From Lama guanicoe (taxonomy: Eukaryota), in the NCBI GenBank assembly GCA_013239625.1, contig MU057102.1, positions 3,677,782-3,741,781 of the forward strand: a stretch of DNA of 64,000 nt, written 5' to 3'. Positions 49,743 to 61,820 of this stretch are shown piece after piece. The translations under genes were made by a program, and so were the position numbers. The notes beneath the pieces were generated by a model. The model was given only the letters and a program-made list of their open reading frames with translations, ran no database searches and was not told the origin of the DNA. Numbering within the stretch: position 1 is the first letter of the stretch; every line of letters starts with the position of its first letter.

Positions 49743-49899
49743 CTGTGTAGTGGCCCTGACTGAGCAGCCCCCGTGACCACTGCCAGCAGGCAGCGGGGCT
49801 GCAGGCAGCAGTGGGGATCCCGGGGCAGCCCCACCCACGGGAGCCCCCCGGGCACTGTTTGGGGTCCAGGTGTGCAGAATGGTGGGGACCCCCAGGTAC

Positions 49900-50102
49900 C
49901 TTCTTGTGGAGGGAGATGTAGTCCAGCCGCACGCCCACCTCCCCGGTGAAGAAGTTTGTGCCATTGTGACAGTGTCCCAGGAGGCCCCAGCACAGTGGGG
50001 AGCCCGGTGGTGGGTGGAAGGAGTCCCCAGGGCCACCCAGGCGCAGAACCGGGCTGGCAGCACGCAGACCCTCAGAGCAGGCATCGTAGTAGTTCAAGAA
50101 GC
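49900..50102 (-). CDS. IDUA: IDUA exon 6
   Basis: [30 protein letters not shown]...[11 protein letters not shown]. 203 nt. Confidence 0.96.
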
Positions 50103-50178
50103 CTGGGCAAGAGGGACACAGGGTCCACATCCCCGCACTAGAGGCTGCTGCCACCCCGTCTCAGATCTGCAGGACTCA

Positions 50179-50409
<231 letters not shown>

Positions 50410-50573
50410 CTAGGAGCTCACCCCTACCCTGCCTGGCTTCTCTCCACCAACAGAAGGTCCTGGCTCAGTAGGTTCATGACAGAGAATTCCAGCAGGGTGG
50501 ACTGGGTGGTGTGGGGGGGAGAGCCTGCCCAGAAGTGCCCACCCTGTCCCCCCAGGGCATGCGCCCTGCCCAC

Positions 50574-50681
50574 CGATGTATCTCCTGGCCAGGAGGGAGA
50601 CCAGGTTCTTCCACTCAAACACCTGCTGCTTGTCCTCAAAGTCGGTGAAGTGTCCGGAGGGGCTGCCCATCAGCTCAAAGC
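50574..50681 (-). CDS. IDUA: IDUA exon 4
   Basis: [36 protein letters not shown]. 108 nt. Confidence 0.96.
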
Positions 50682-50825
50682 CTGCAGCACATGAGGGAGG
50701 CTGTCCCATTACTCAGCAGGCCAGCACTGAAGCTGGCCCTGAGTGGGCAACCAGGAGGACCCGGAAGGGCCAGGAGAAGGGGAGGGGGTTGGGCCAGTCA
50801 TACAAAGGTGATGCTGGCTGCTTAC

Positions 50826-50911
50826 CCGGGAGGAGCTGGTTCTCCCTGAGAAGGTCCAGGTACCGGTCCAGCTGAGTGAAGTTGTAGCTCAGGCCATGCC
50901 CAGCTGACCCC
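50826..50911 (-). CDS. IDUA: IDUA exon 3
   Basis: [29 protein letters not shown]. 86 nt. Confidence 0.95.
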
Positions 50912-51539
50912 CTGTAGAAGGACATTTAATATCAGGGTTGGGAAAGGTGGACTCGGGTCTGGAACTATGGCCACATTCAAGCAGGTAGGGAGCCTGCAAG
51001 GTGCCACGCAGGACTAGGCTCCCGCTTCAAAATGGGCCCCTCTCCTCGGAAAACATGAATGATGTCAGCCTATTAGACACTCACAGCCTAGTATGAACTA
51101 GTGTGCCTGTACTGGAATCCCACTCCAAGCCTTCAGGGACTCAGAACAGCCTGGGGCTCAGGAGTGGGATGGGGCAGGTACAAGAGGATGGAGTGGGGGG
51201 TGGGGTGCAGTGAAGTGGGAGGCTGTGGGATTAGAGCCTAGAGGGGCCCGGCAGTTACCATATCCTGCTGCCCTGCTCCTCCTGGTGGTTAGGGCCCCAG
51301 ACTTGGCTCAACAGGACTCCTGCCCCGGCTCCCACACTTTGAGAGGCAATAGGGACAGGCAGGAGAAAAGGAAGGGCAGCCTCCCGTCCCCTCTCCCCCC
51401 ACCCCGCACTTTTACCAGACCTGGGTCAGTTCCCATGGGGCTTATAGTCCGAAAGGGTACAGGCATTGTCAGGTAACTACTCAAATCTTTAGGAGCACAT
51501 CAGACGTGACTTGAAGGGGATGTGACACAGAGCAAAGGG

Positions 51540-51790
51540 TCAGGCAGGGAGGGCCTCTGCGAGGTGACATCTAAGACCTACCAAGTGATTGATCCAGGCA
51601 GCAATGAGAATGCCTTGGGGAATAGATGGAAGGCATGTGCAAAGGCCCTGAGGTAGAAATGAACTCTTGGTGGTCAAGCAGCAGAAAGGCAGCTAGTGGG
51701 CCAGGGGCAGAATAAGGGTGTGAGTTCTGAGCAATGAGGTCATACAAGGAATTGACTCAGGGTGAAATAAGGGAGTCCTTTCAGGAATCC
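51540..51790. mobile_element. L2 LINE 3' remnant
   Basis: gaggtgacatctaagacc...ggcatgtgcaaaggccctgaggtag resembles an L2 3' end. Confidence 0.55.
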
Positions 51791-51829
51791 AAGCAGAGCA
51801 GTGCTGTGACACTGTGTGTATGCATGTGT

Positions 51830-52310
51830 GTTTAAGACAATTTTTTTAGAGCAAAATGGAGAGGAAAGTACAGAGATTTCCCATTTACCCACTGCCCCAC
51901 CCCACAGGCACAGCCTCCCCCACGACCAGCATGTCAGAATATTTGTTATGACTGACAACCCTACACTGACACATCACAATCCCCCCAGATCCATGGTTTA
52001 CATTAGGGTTCACAGGAGAAGTGCACTCTGTGAGTGTGTCTACCACTGCAGTATCACACAGCGGTTTCCCAGCCCTGGAAACCCTCTGTGCACCCCCTGT
52101 TCTCCCTGCCCTCCAACCCCTAATCTTTTTACTGTCTCCATAGTCTTGCCTTTTTCTTTGGCCGGGAGAGGTAATTAAGTTTATTTGCTTATTTTTAGAG
52201 GAGGTACTGGGGATTGAACCCAGGACCTCATGCATGCTAAGCATGCGCTCTACTGCTTGAGCTATACCCTCCCCACTTCCATAGTTTTGCCTTTGCCATG
52301 ATGTTTTGAA
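51830..52310 (-). mobile_element. Old L1 (L1MB/MC-like) 3'UTR fragment interrupted by a SINE
   Basis: gtacagagatttcccat...ccatggtttacattagggttcac...ctttttactgtctccatag is typical of an antisense L1M 3'UTR. Confidence 0.65.
52154..52275 (-). mobile_element. tRNA-derived SINE, camelid Vic-1-like, with 17-bp target-site duplication
   Basis: Minus strand reads GGGGAGGGTATAGCTCAAGCAGTAGAGCGCATGCTTAGCATGCATGAGGTCCTGGGTTCAATCCCCAGTACC (A and B boxes) plus an A-rich tail. TSD tccatagt(c/t)ttgccttt at 52137-52153 and 52278-52294. Confidence 0.88.
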
Positions 52311-55300
52311 AGGATCCCTTCCTTGGCCAGTTGGAGCGAGAGTGGGAGCTGGGAGAAAGTCCTTCAGGGAGAGGAGAGGTGCCTGGACTGGGTGGTGTCC
52401 AGAGGGCGCAGGAGCAGCTGGATTTCCGAGGTAGAGGGGACATGGCTGCTGATGGACTGGAGGTGAGCTGGAAAGGGGAGTTCAGCCCAACCCCTGGGAC
52501 TTGCTCAAGCAACTGGGGGTGGGATGCAGTTGGCAGAAGCAGGCAGGGATAAACTGGGAGTCAGACAGGGCTCGGATCTGCCCTGTGGAAGTGGACACCC
52601 AGAGGTGGACCTGGTGTTGGGGGCTGGGCCAGGAAGCTGGTGCTCGGTGGTCAGGCCTAGGCCAGGGAGCGGGACGAGCAGAGCACGCCCGCCTGGAGCT
52701 GAGGGCGATGCAGCAGCCAGCGGTGAGCTCAGGCTGCGGGTCTTGGCTGGTGAGGAGCACAGGCAGGTGGGCTGGTAGGGGGCCTGAGGGCTTCCAGTGA
52801 GGACAAGCCTGGCGCATCAACAGACCTGAGGGAGGGGGGCGGAAACGTCTCACCGGGAGTGCAACTGCGCCCTCTCGTGGCTGCCGGGTTTGTGCCGCGT
52901 GCGCGGCGGCGGGGGCGGGGCGAGGAGGGATGTCGGTGGAATCCCGCCCGGAACTGTTCTTGGTCTGTGAGCCTCCCCATCCCACACCAAGCAGGCCAGC
53001 CCAGCGCTGTCCTCCCAACACAGCGAGGATCTGGACAAGCCAACACCTCCCTTGCGCGTCTCCTCTCCCCCACTCCTCACTTTGCACAAAGTCAAGGCCG
53101 AGCCTGGGCCCAGGTCCCGCCACCACGCACAGGTACCTCTGGCTCCTGCCTGGTCGCACACCCTGCTTGCGCTCGCAGGACAGGCTGTGCCAGCTGCCTC
53201 TTCCCGCCTCTGGGGCCCAGCCCCACAGCACATGCGCAGCGGGGACCGGCCCCTCCCCCACTCCAAAGGTCACAACCGGTAGCAAAGAAAGAAAACAAAC
53301 ACTTGGGTAAAAATTAAATGCGCAACAGCAGATGGGTTCCAAAGTCCCACAGGTGGGGGGGTAGGGGCGTAGGCATGGGCGACGGGCGCCACATGTAAAG
53401 TGGAGGCACAGGCACAGGTTCCAGGATTTCTCCGCAGATCCTGGCAGCGCTAGGAAGACTCGGGGCAGAAGTGGACCTGGCCTCGGGTAAATGCTGTTCC
53501 CACGCTCAGTGCCCTGGGCCAGCAGGGCGCCACGAGAGAAGCCCCAGCCGCAGAGCCATCCCCAGCCTGCTACTCCTGACCCGTCCAGCCTCAGCACCCC
53601 GGGATGCCCTGGAGGCCAGCCAGTACACCTGCCCCTCAGGACCAGAAGACCCAACCCTGGGGTGACTTCAGGCCAAGGAACCCTGGGGAACAGTCCTTGG
53701 GCCCCACTGTCGGTGCCTAGGCCTCCACCGGTCTCAGCCCCCGTTAGGAGGGGAATTTGAGAGATCAAAGCGAGGGAGGAGGCTGAGCCATAAGGTGCAG
53801 AGCGCAACCCACCCCAGCACTCCCCCTGCAGAGAAGCCTAGGTCACAGACGCAGATCGGGCCACCATCCAGCCTGAGAGCCTCGTCATCCTGTTGCCCTG
53901 CAAGGGGCGGAACCTGGGCGCGAGGCACAGGCAGGTCGCTACCAGCTCCTGGCCCTGCACGTGGGCTGAGCCGCAGCGGCTACACAAGGGCCTCATTCAG
54001 AGTGCGCCAGGCTGCACCAGGAATCCCCCCACCCCCATCCCTGGCCCTGAGCGAGTGCGCAGCAAGGACGCAGCAGCCCGGTGAGAGCTGGGGGGGGGCG
54101 GGGGCAGGACCCTGGGCCTTGCGTGCTCCAGTGTTGGGGGGGGGCACACGCGGGGTGTGGACGAGGCAGTGCGTGCTCCACTGGGTCAGCAATCAGGAGG
54201 GGGCGCGGGACGGGTCCCCAGCCGCGCTTGCTGGGTGGTGAGGGGAGCGCAGGGCCGGGGTGGGTACACGCGCGAGGAAGGGCCGAGAGTGCTCAGACGG
54301 AGAGATGCAGGCGGCTTGTGGCTGTGGGACACAGACCAGCCACTGGGGAGAACCGCTAGCCTTGATCTGGGTTTTAGGGTGGGACGGTGCCCGCCAGCTA
54401 GCGGGAGAGGCGAGTCCTGTCTTCTGGAAGTGGGAGCGCTGGAGTCCAGTTCTCAGGGCCCTGGAGATGAGAACAGCTGTCTGCCCAGCCTTTCACTTGT
54501 GTTAGGGATACACTGTTTCCTTTCCAAATAAGTGTCCTCAACAACTTAAAACGGTGATTTAGAGACCAATATTTAAGGAAATAACTATGTGGCACAGGAT
54601 TCAGCCGGAGGCAAGCCCAGGGTGGTTCCAGCAGGCAGAAGGCACTGGAGACCTGGTGCCCCATGCAGATCACTCTGCACACCAGGGTCCTGCTGGCCCT
54701 GCCTGAGGTAGAGACGTCTGCGGTTCAGGGGGCCTACTGGGGTGAAGGGAAGACTGGGTCTTGGCCAGCAAGGCCCCAGGACCCAAGAAACTCACCTGTG
54801 TGCCTGGCCAGGCCACAGGATGAAGACCCAGACCTCAAAGCACAGAGAAACAGAGGGACACGCAGTGGGTGAGGCTTAGATCCCGGGGTCCTGCCGGTCT
54901 CTCAAAGGACACCAAACCTCCACTGTCTTTCTTCACCTTCTTTAGACACCCAACTAGGCAGGGGCTGGGACAGCAGAAGGCCGATTCCCTGCCACCAAGG
55001 CAACCAAGGCCAGGCACCTAGGTGCTGTGAGTGCTGAGAACAGCGCCTCCCTGAAACGTCTCCACCTGCCTAAAATCCCACCACAGTTGCTCCAAGCCTA
55101 GAGAGCACCCCAAATCCCGGTTCCCACCTCCTGAGACGGGGAGGCGCCACCCCTGCCCTCCCCCCACCCTGCCCCGTCACATCCCACCACGGTGTCTCCA
55201 TGCACGCAGGAGCCCTCCACGCCATGCCCCAAGGTGGTGAGGCCCCACCTGGCAGGCCCTATCTCTGTCCACAGGGGCCACCCAGGGAGTTCCCTCACTG

Positions 55301-56259
55301 CCACACTGCCGGTAGCTGGGTCAGAAGATAAGCATATATGAGCCCCCTCGGCGGTGCCCCCCACTCCGGCCCTGATGTGAGCCTCATCTGCCTCGGGCTG
55401 CGGTGACGCATCCCACCTGCCCCCTGGCCCGTGGCTCAGGTAAACCACATCCTTGGGCAGACATCTCCCCCCAGGGCTGAGTGGGTCTGGGCAGGAACTC
55501 GGGGGCAGGAGAGGGCACTAGGGAGGCCCCAGGCTCTGCCCTGGGTGGTTGGGCTTGGACTCTGGAGGACAGGGTGAGCTCTTGGGGCCCAACACAGACT
55601 CTCCAAGGAGAGTGGAGAGGGAGAAGGCATCTTCGTGGGTCCTGGGCCCCGACTACCCTGCCCTCACTGCAGGTGTGGAGATACCCTCCCCTCCCTGCCA
55701 CCCTGGGCTTCCATGCCCATCTCTGCCCCCAAGTGGGGCTCCTGGTCTTCTCCAGCAGGCCGCAGAGATTTCAGGGAGGCTTAGGGGAAGTCCCCTGAGT
55801 GTGGGAGAGTTCTCCCCATCAGGGCCTCCCGAGACAGCAGCCCCACCAGAGGGACTCCTTGTGGCCTCTCTGGCCTCCCTGCTTGCATGGAGAACGCTCA
55901 GAGCTGCGGCAGCCCCAGGGGGCCAGCCCCCTTCCCCACCTTGCTCCTCAGGCACCTGCTATTCATTTTAAGGATGGGAGAACTGAAAAACAGCAACACA
56001 CTCTTAGTTTATCGTGTGTGGGACACGGGGGGAGTCCTCTAAAGGGACTGTTTACCTTCATGCTTGGCCCTGTGAGGCAGGTCCCACCCACCCGAGAGAA
56101 GACGGAGGTGTGGCGAGGCCAGGCAGGTGTGCCCACAGTCACAGGGGGTCAGCACCAGGCTAGAATCCAGGCAGACAGACCTGGGCCGCTGCCCCCATAG
56201 CAGGAAGGGCACACCTGACTGGTAGCCGTATCTTGGTGCCTGGCAGCCCTCCAGCCCTC

Positions 56260-56261
<2 letters not shown>

Positions 56262-56290
<29 letters not shown>

Positions 56291-56311
56291 CACACACACA
56301 CACACACACAC
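56262..56311. repeat. Compound (GACA)n(CA)n microsatellite
   Basis: Directly visible, about 400 bp upstream of the putative SLC26A1 promoter. Confidence 0.95.
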
Positions 56312-56699
56312 CCCATCCTAGGGTCCTGCTGGTTCAGGGACGCCCTGCCACAGAGAGGATGTCCAGGAATAGGACTTGGAGACCAGCCCCTCCCTAGATC
56401 CTCCATCCTTACGACACTCCAGGGACCTGAGAGCCATGACACTTGGCCCCAGAGCTGAGGGGTCACACACTGCCAGTCCTCTCCCCACAGCTGGCCAGGC
56501 TTCGGAGCAGTCTGTCTCCCCCAGGGGCCTCAGGATCCCGGGTTCCTGCTCTAGCCACTCAATGCCCAGCCCACCCCATCCCACACCTAGAGCCCCGGTC
56601 CTGGGAAGCTAGGTGCTTATTAAAGGCCCACACAACTGTAACCATTTGTGAGCCTCTGATTACACCTCCCCAGATTAGCCGCGCAGGTAATGCTCATCT

Positions 56700-56760
56700 G
56701 GAGGAAACCTGACTCAGCAGTCTTTGGAGTAAATAATTTAACTGCGAGCCCAGCACAGCC
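56700..56760 (+). promoter_or_regulatory. SLC26A1: Putative SLC26A1 proximal promoter (AP-1/ARE TGACTCAGCA; FOXA/HNF1-like GTAAATAATTTAAC)
   Basis: Motifs at 56710-56719 and 56729-56742, immediately before a CpG-rich stretch ending in a strong donor. Confidence 0.6.
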
Positions 56761-56924
56761 AAGCAGCCAGAGGCCGAGCGCAGAGCACGAGCCGCCCGGC
56801 AGTGCGGACCGCTCCACGCCAGCACCCGCCGCCTGCACTCCCGGCCTCTGGCAGGAGCCGCGGGGCTCTGGGGACACGAAGGCCTGGCTCCGCTACCTGC
56901 CGGGCCCGAGAGGGTCTCCCTCAG
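56760..56924 (+). other. SLC26A1: Putative SLC26A1 non-coding exon 1 (start approximate)
   Basis: Donor CAG|GTAAGA at 56924/5 pairs with acceptor ccccactgcag|G at 57889, upstream of the ATG. Confidence 0.55.
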
Positions 56925-57916
56925 GTAAGAGCTGCCTGGGACCTGCTGCAGGACAGTGAGGGCCGGGTCTGTACGGAGCCAGGGCGGGATGCTGGGAGCG
57001 GAAACACCCGGTTCCAGGCATTCTTTCGCGGACGCCAGGCACGAGGCAGGTGGCATCTGAACAGCCCTCAGTCGATGCACGTGGACGCCAGGGGCGGGGT
57101 GAGTGTCAGGGTGTCTAAGGTCCCTGTGTGGTGAGGCTGCAGAGGAAGGAAACAGCTCCCATAACGTCCCCTCGAGGGCGGGCCTGCTGCCTGAGCCCAC
57201 AGGGGCCGTGTCCGCCTGCCTGCGCCTGTCGCCAGGCCAGGCCTACCGCCAGCTCTCCACACCCTGGGGAGACCCAGCCCCGTGCACACCGCGTCAGAGT
57301 GACCAGGCTCTGAGGGACAACCGCTTCATATCACCAGGAGGGGATTTCAAGCACAGCTGTGAACGGGGGAGACCAAGGCCGCCGACACCCTGGTGCTCCC
57401 TGAGCCCAGAGGCAAGGTACGGCTGGGCCCTGGGCGGCAGGCTGCCCTCCGGACAGCAGTGGCAGTTGGCACCTTGTTCCCTGGTGCGCCTGCGCGGTCA
57501 GATACTAGCCTAAACCCAGTGACATTAACACGCACTGGGGAAAGGGTGCCCGCAACCCCAGAACACTCTGGGTGTGCGATGGACGCCACTCACCCTGGCT
57601 CCCCTCCCAGCTGGCCCCCCCGAAGCACGTTCCGGCTACGAGGACCGGGCTAGGGTCCCAGCGCCTGCAGGCCTCTTCCTCCGAGCCTCTGCCAGCCCCA
57701 GAGCCACAGTGCAGGGCTGACAGACACCAGAAGGGACCACGGTAGTTTGGATGGGGGAGTGGAGAGGCCTCCCGTGGGGGCCTGGACGGGGAGGTGGACA
57801 GGGAGCAGCAGAGCCTGGTTCAGCCACGTGCATCTGAGTCTCTGTAACGCCCCCGACTCTTGCTCGTCTCACCACTTCCCCACTGCAGGCTTCCCCCGGG
57901 GGCCGGGTGCCCCAGG

Positions 57917-58507
57917 ATGGACGTGTCCCCTGAATGCACACCACAGGCCACGGGGCCGGTGCTGGTCCGCCGGCGGCCCCCAGCACCCCCGGGCCTGGGT
58001 GAGGCTCTGAAGGCCAGGCTGCGGCGGAGCTGTGTGTGCAGCGTGCAGGGGGCCTGGGCGCTGCTGCAGGACCTGTTCCCAGCCACACGCTGGCTCCGCC
58101 AGTACCGGCCTCGGGAGGACCTGGCGGGTGACACCATGTCTGGGCTGGTCATCGGCATCATCCTGGTGCCGCAGGCCATCGCCTACTCGCTGCTGGCTGG
58201 GCTGCCGCCTGTCTACAGCCTCTACACGTCCTTCTTTGCGAATCTCATCTACTTCCTCATGGGCACCTCGCGCCACGTCTCCGTGGGCATCTTCAGCCTG
58301 CTGTGCCTCATGGTGGGTCAGGTGGTGGACCGCGAGCTCCTGCTGGCCGGCTTCGACCCTGCCCAGGACGGCCTGGGGCCTGGGGCCAACAGTAGCACCC
58401 TCAATGCCTCAGCCGCCACGCTGGTGCTCGGGTTGCAGGACTGCGGGAGGGACTGCTACGCCATCCGCGTTGCCACCGCCCTCACACTGGTGGCCGGGAT
58501 TTACCAG
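57917..58507 (+). CDS. SLC26A1: SLC26A1 (SAT-1 sulfate/oxalate anion transporter) coding exon 1
   Basis: aggATGG start. MDVSPE...[37 protein letters not shown]...GTSRHVSVG (SulP signature)...GIYQ|gtgagg. 591 nt, phase 0. Confidence 0.96.
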
Positions 58508-59223
58508 GTGAGGAGACTGCCGCACGGGGTCCTTCCAAGCTGCGCCCGGGCCCAGACCCAGATGGGGCACCTCAGCCCCTCGGAGCAGCCCCCTCGGTGC
58601 CGGCTGCCTACCTGGAAGGCCAAGCCTGGGGGAAACACAAGATCAGGGTGGTGGCTTAACCAGCAAGGAGAAGACAGAACAGGGCCCAGGCAGAGGCTGC
58701 GTCATGACCGCACCACAGGGGCTGAGGGTCACCAGGATCGGGGAGCCTGAGAGGCCAGCTGCAGAGTGTGGCCTTAGGCCCAGATGTACCCAACTCTCGC
58801 CACTCGGTCCCCACAGCCTCCCTGGCTTCCTGTCCCAAATGGGACCCTGGGGAGTGCCGGCCTTCGTGTGGCTTCCCTGCACCCAGCCCTTCCTGGACCA
58901 GGGCTGTCCACCCCAATGTCACCCCCTCCCAAGGGCCACCCTGGGTCCCTCCCATCAGCTCCAGGTCTCCTGGTGGGGGGTGGGGGTGATGCATACGGGG
59001 CAGGAGAAAGGAGCTGCCTCCCAACTCCCAGAGCACAGTGTGTGAGGATCACAAGGGAGCGTTGCAGCCACGGCGGGCATCTCCAGTCTCTGCTGTGCCT
59101 GTGTGTGCACGTGCGCATGCAGGGGGGCTGTGGATGGAGTCCATCTGGGAAATACGCAGCCAGGAGGAGGGAGATCGGGCTCCGTGCCGCGGCCCCGCCG
59201 CCCCGACCACACTCTGTCCGCAG

Positions 59224-60753
59224 GTCCTCATGGGCATCCTCCGGCTAGGCTTCGTGTCCACCTACCTCTCGCAGCCGCTGCTGGATGGCTTCGCCATGGG
59301 GGCCTCAGTGACCATCCTGACCTCCCAGCTCAGGCACCTGCTGGGCGTGCGGGTCCCACGGCATCAGGGCCCAGGCATGGTGGTGAGCACGTGGCTGAGC
59401 CTGCTGCGCAGCGCTGGGCAGGCCAACCTGTGCGACGTGCTCACCAGTGCCACGTGCCTGGCCGTGCTGCTGGCGGCTAAGGAGCTCTCGGACCGCCTCC
59501 GGCACCGCCTGCGGGTGCCGCTGCCTGCAGAGCTGCTGGTCATTGTGGTGGCCACGCTCGTGTCCCACTTTGGGCAGTTCCATGAGCGCTTCGGTTCCAA
59601 CGTGGCTGGCGACATCCCCACTGGCTTTGTGGCCCCACGAGTGCCAGATCCAGAGCTGATGTGGCGGGTGGCACAGGACGCTGTGTCCCTGGCCCTCATA
59701 GGCTCTGCCTTTTCCATCTCACTGGCAGAGATGTTTGCCCGCAGCCACGGCTACTCCGTGCGCGCCAACCAGGAGTTGCTGGCCGTGGGCTGCTGCAACG
59801 TGCTGCCCGCCTTCTTCCACTGTTTTGCCACCAGTGCTGCCCTGTCCAAGAGCCTGGTGAAGACAGCCACTGGCTGCCGCACGCAGGTGTCCAGCGTGGT
59901 CAGCGCTGCCGTGGTGCTGCTGGTGCTGCTGGTGCTGGCGCCACTGTTCCGGGACCTGCAGCGGTGCGTGCTGGCCTGTGTCATTGTCGTCAGCCTGCGG
60001 GGGGCCCTGCGCAAGGTGAGGGATGTCCCACGGCTGTGGCGGCTCAGCCCAGCCGATGCACTAGTCTGGGTGGCCACCGCGGCCACCTGCGTGCTGGTCA
60101 GCACCGAGGCCGGGCTCCTGGCTGGCGTCCTCCTCTCATTGCTCAGCCTGGCCAGCCGCACACAGCGCCCTCGTGCCGCCCTGCTCGCCCGAGTTGGGGA
60201 TTCTGGCTTCTACGAGGACAGCACAGAGTTTGAGGGCCTGGTCCCCGAGCCTGGCGTGCAGGTGTTCCGCTTCTCGGGGCCACTCTACTATGCCAACAAG
60301 GACTTCTTCCTGCGCTCGCTCTACAGCCTGACGGGGCTGGACGTGGGGCATGTGACTGCCAGGAGGAAGGAGCAGGGCTCAGGGGTGGGGGCTGGCAAAG
60401 GAGATCTGGTCCAAGGCCGGGACCTGGGCCCAGTGAGCAGCACGGCCGCGCTGGTGCCGTCAGCAACCGGCTTCCACGTGGTGGTCATTGACTGTGCCCC
60501 GCTGCTGTTCCTGGACGTGGCTGGCCTGGCCACGCTGCAGGACCTGCGCCGAGACTACGAGGCCTTGGGCATCACCCTGCTCCTGGCCTGCTGCAGCCCC
60601 TCAGTAAGGGACACCCTGAGGAGGGGCGGCTTCCTCGGGGAGGACCAGGAGGACGTGGCTGAGGAGGAGCAGCTGTTCCCCAGCGTGTACGGTGCTGTGC
60701 AGGCGGCCCGAGCCCGTCACAGGGAGCTGGCAGCCACAGACTCCTCCCTCTAG
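59224..60753 (+). CDS. SLC26A1: SLC26A1 coding exon 2 (TM core and STAS domain)
   Basis: ccgcag|[23 protein letters not shown]...NQELLAVG...[10 protein letters not shown]...[12 protein letters not shown]...ATDSSL then TAG. Total 706 aa. Confidence 0.97.
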   Translation, partial: VLMGILRLGFVSTYLSQPLLDGFAMGASVTILTSQLRHLLGVRVPRHQGPGMVVSTWLSLLRSAGQANLCDVLTSATCLAVLLAAKELSDRLRHRLRVPLPAELLVIVVATLVSHFGQFHERFGSNVAGDIPTGFVAPRVPDPELMWRVAQDAVSLALIGSAFSISLAEMFARSHGYSVRANQELLAVGCCNVLPAFFHCFATSAALSKSLVKTATGCRTQVSSVVSAAVVLLVLLVLAPLFRDLQRCVLACVIVVSLRGALRKVRDVPRLWRLSPADALVWVATAATCVLVSTEAGLLAGVLLSLLSLASRTQRPRAALLARVGDSGFYEDSTEFEGLVPEPGVQVFRFSGPLYYANKDFFLRSLYSLTGLDVGHVTARRKEQGSGVGAGKGDLVQGRDLGPVSSTAALVPSATGFHVVVIDCAPLLFLDVAGLATLQDLRRDYEALGITLLLACCSPSVRDTLRRGGFLGEDQEDVAEEEQLFPSVYGAVQAARARHRELAATDSSL

Positions 60754-61542
60754 GAGAGCTAGTGCCTGCCACCAGCCTCCACCTGTACCGTCGATCACTG
60801 CCGTCCCCACCCTAGAGGAACTGGGGAACCCCGACTGGGACGGAGGGCGACACTGTGAACACCCACAAGGACTCAGACGCCTGAGAACCCACCACCGCAC
60901 CTTTGAGACACGCTGCCACAGTGCCACCTGGGCCCAGGGTTGTGCACCTGTGGTCTGTGGAGCCGATCTGACCTTCAGTGTCCTGTCTTAAACCAGGACC
61001 CCGAGGCAGTCACGTGGCCGCCGAGGTGCTGAAAAGACACTGGTCCCTTGGCCTGCCAGCCCCCACCCCACCAGGTCTCTCTGAAGCCCCCGCAACACAC
61101 ATGCCCAAGTGTCTCTCATACCTCGTGCCTCAGCCCTGGCTGGCCCTTGCAGGGCCAAAGGCAGCTGTGACCAACATGACCTCAGCCTGGCCCTTGGAAC
61201 ACAGCACAGAGTGTGGGTGCCCACTAGCCATTTTGGGCCAGCTGCACACCAAGCTGAGCCTGAGCTGCCAGGGTGGCTTCCAGCAGGAAAGCAGCTGTGC
61301 CCCAGCCAGGGGCTGCCCAGCACCCACAGCGCCCTGTGCAGCCAGATGCCCTCCACTCTCCCTCCCCGGGGGATGCTTTGCCGAGAAGTGTGGGGCGGTG
61401 GCTTCTCAGATCAGGATGTCCCCACCACTGCCCTGAGCTGCACTATCCTCCACACCCGGACACCACCTCCTCTTTGTCCTGGTCTTCATAAAGTGGGCTC
61501 TGCCCAGCTGCTCCCAGGCTTTCCCCCCTCCCTGCCACCCAC

Positions 61543-61683
61543 CTGGCCGTGACGAGGTCCAGCATCCAGTGGGTCCGAACCTGCTGGATGCCGCCGTGAG
61601 GGACGGCACCCACGTAGGCCAGGTTGAGCTGCTGGTCCCAGCTGAGGTCATACTGGTCAGCTTGGCTGTGCGGCAGTGGGGGA
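61543..61683 (-). CDS. IDUA: IDUA exon 2
   Basis: [48 protein letters not shown]. 141 nt. Confidence 0.96.
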
Positions 61684-61814
61684 CTGGGCACAAAACAAGG
61701 GGGAGTGGGGGCATTAGTCGGAGTTAACAGAGCAGCCTTGGCACACAGCCACACCTACACCACCAGGGCCAGGACTGGGGAGTGTCCGCTGGTGAATTTT
61801 ACTGTCCCTGATGT

Positions 61815-61820
61815 AATAAA
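61815..61820 (+). terminator. SLC26A1: Probable SLC26A1 polyadenylation signal AATAAA
   Basis: First canonical plus-strand AATAAA I found after the stop codon. Lies in IDUA intron 1. Confidence 0.7.

Noticed and set aside
52200-52275. tRNA-like sequence
   Set aside because: Has an A-rich tail and TSD, so it is a SINE head rather than a tRNA gene.
52482-53807. 441-aa minus-strand ORF in IDUA intron 2
   Set aside because: Non-ATG start, no domain, lies in stop-poor CpG-rich DNA.
59038-59223. N-terminal part of the 571-aa ORF, and the C-terminal run-on of the 296-aa ORF (58508-58750)
   Set aside because: Intronic read-through outside the SLC26A1 splice sites.
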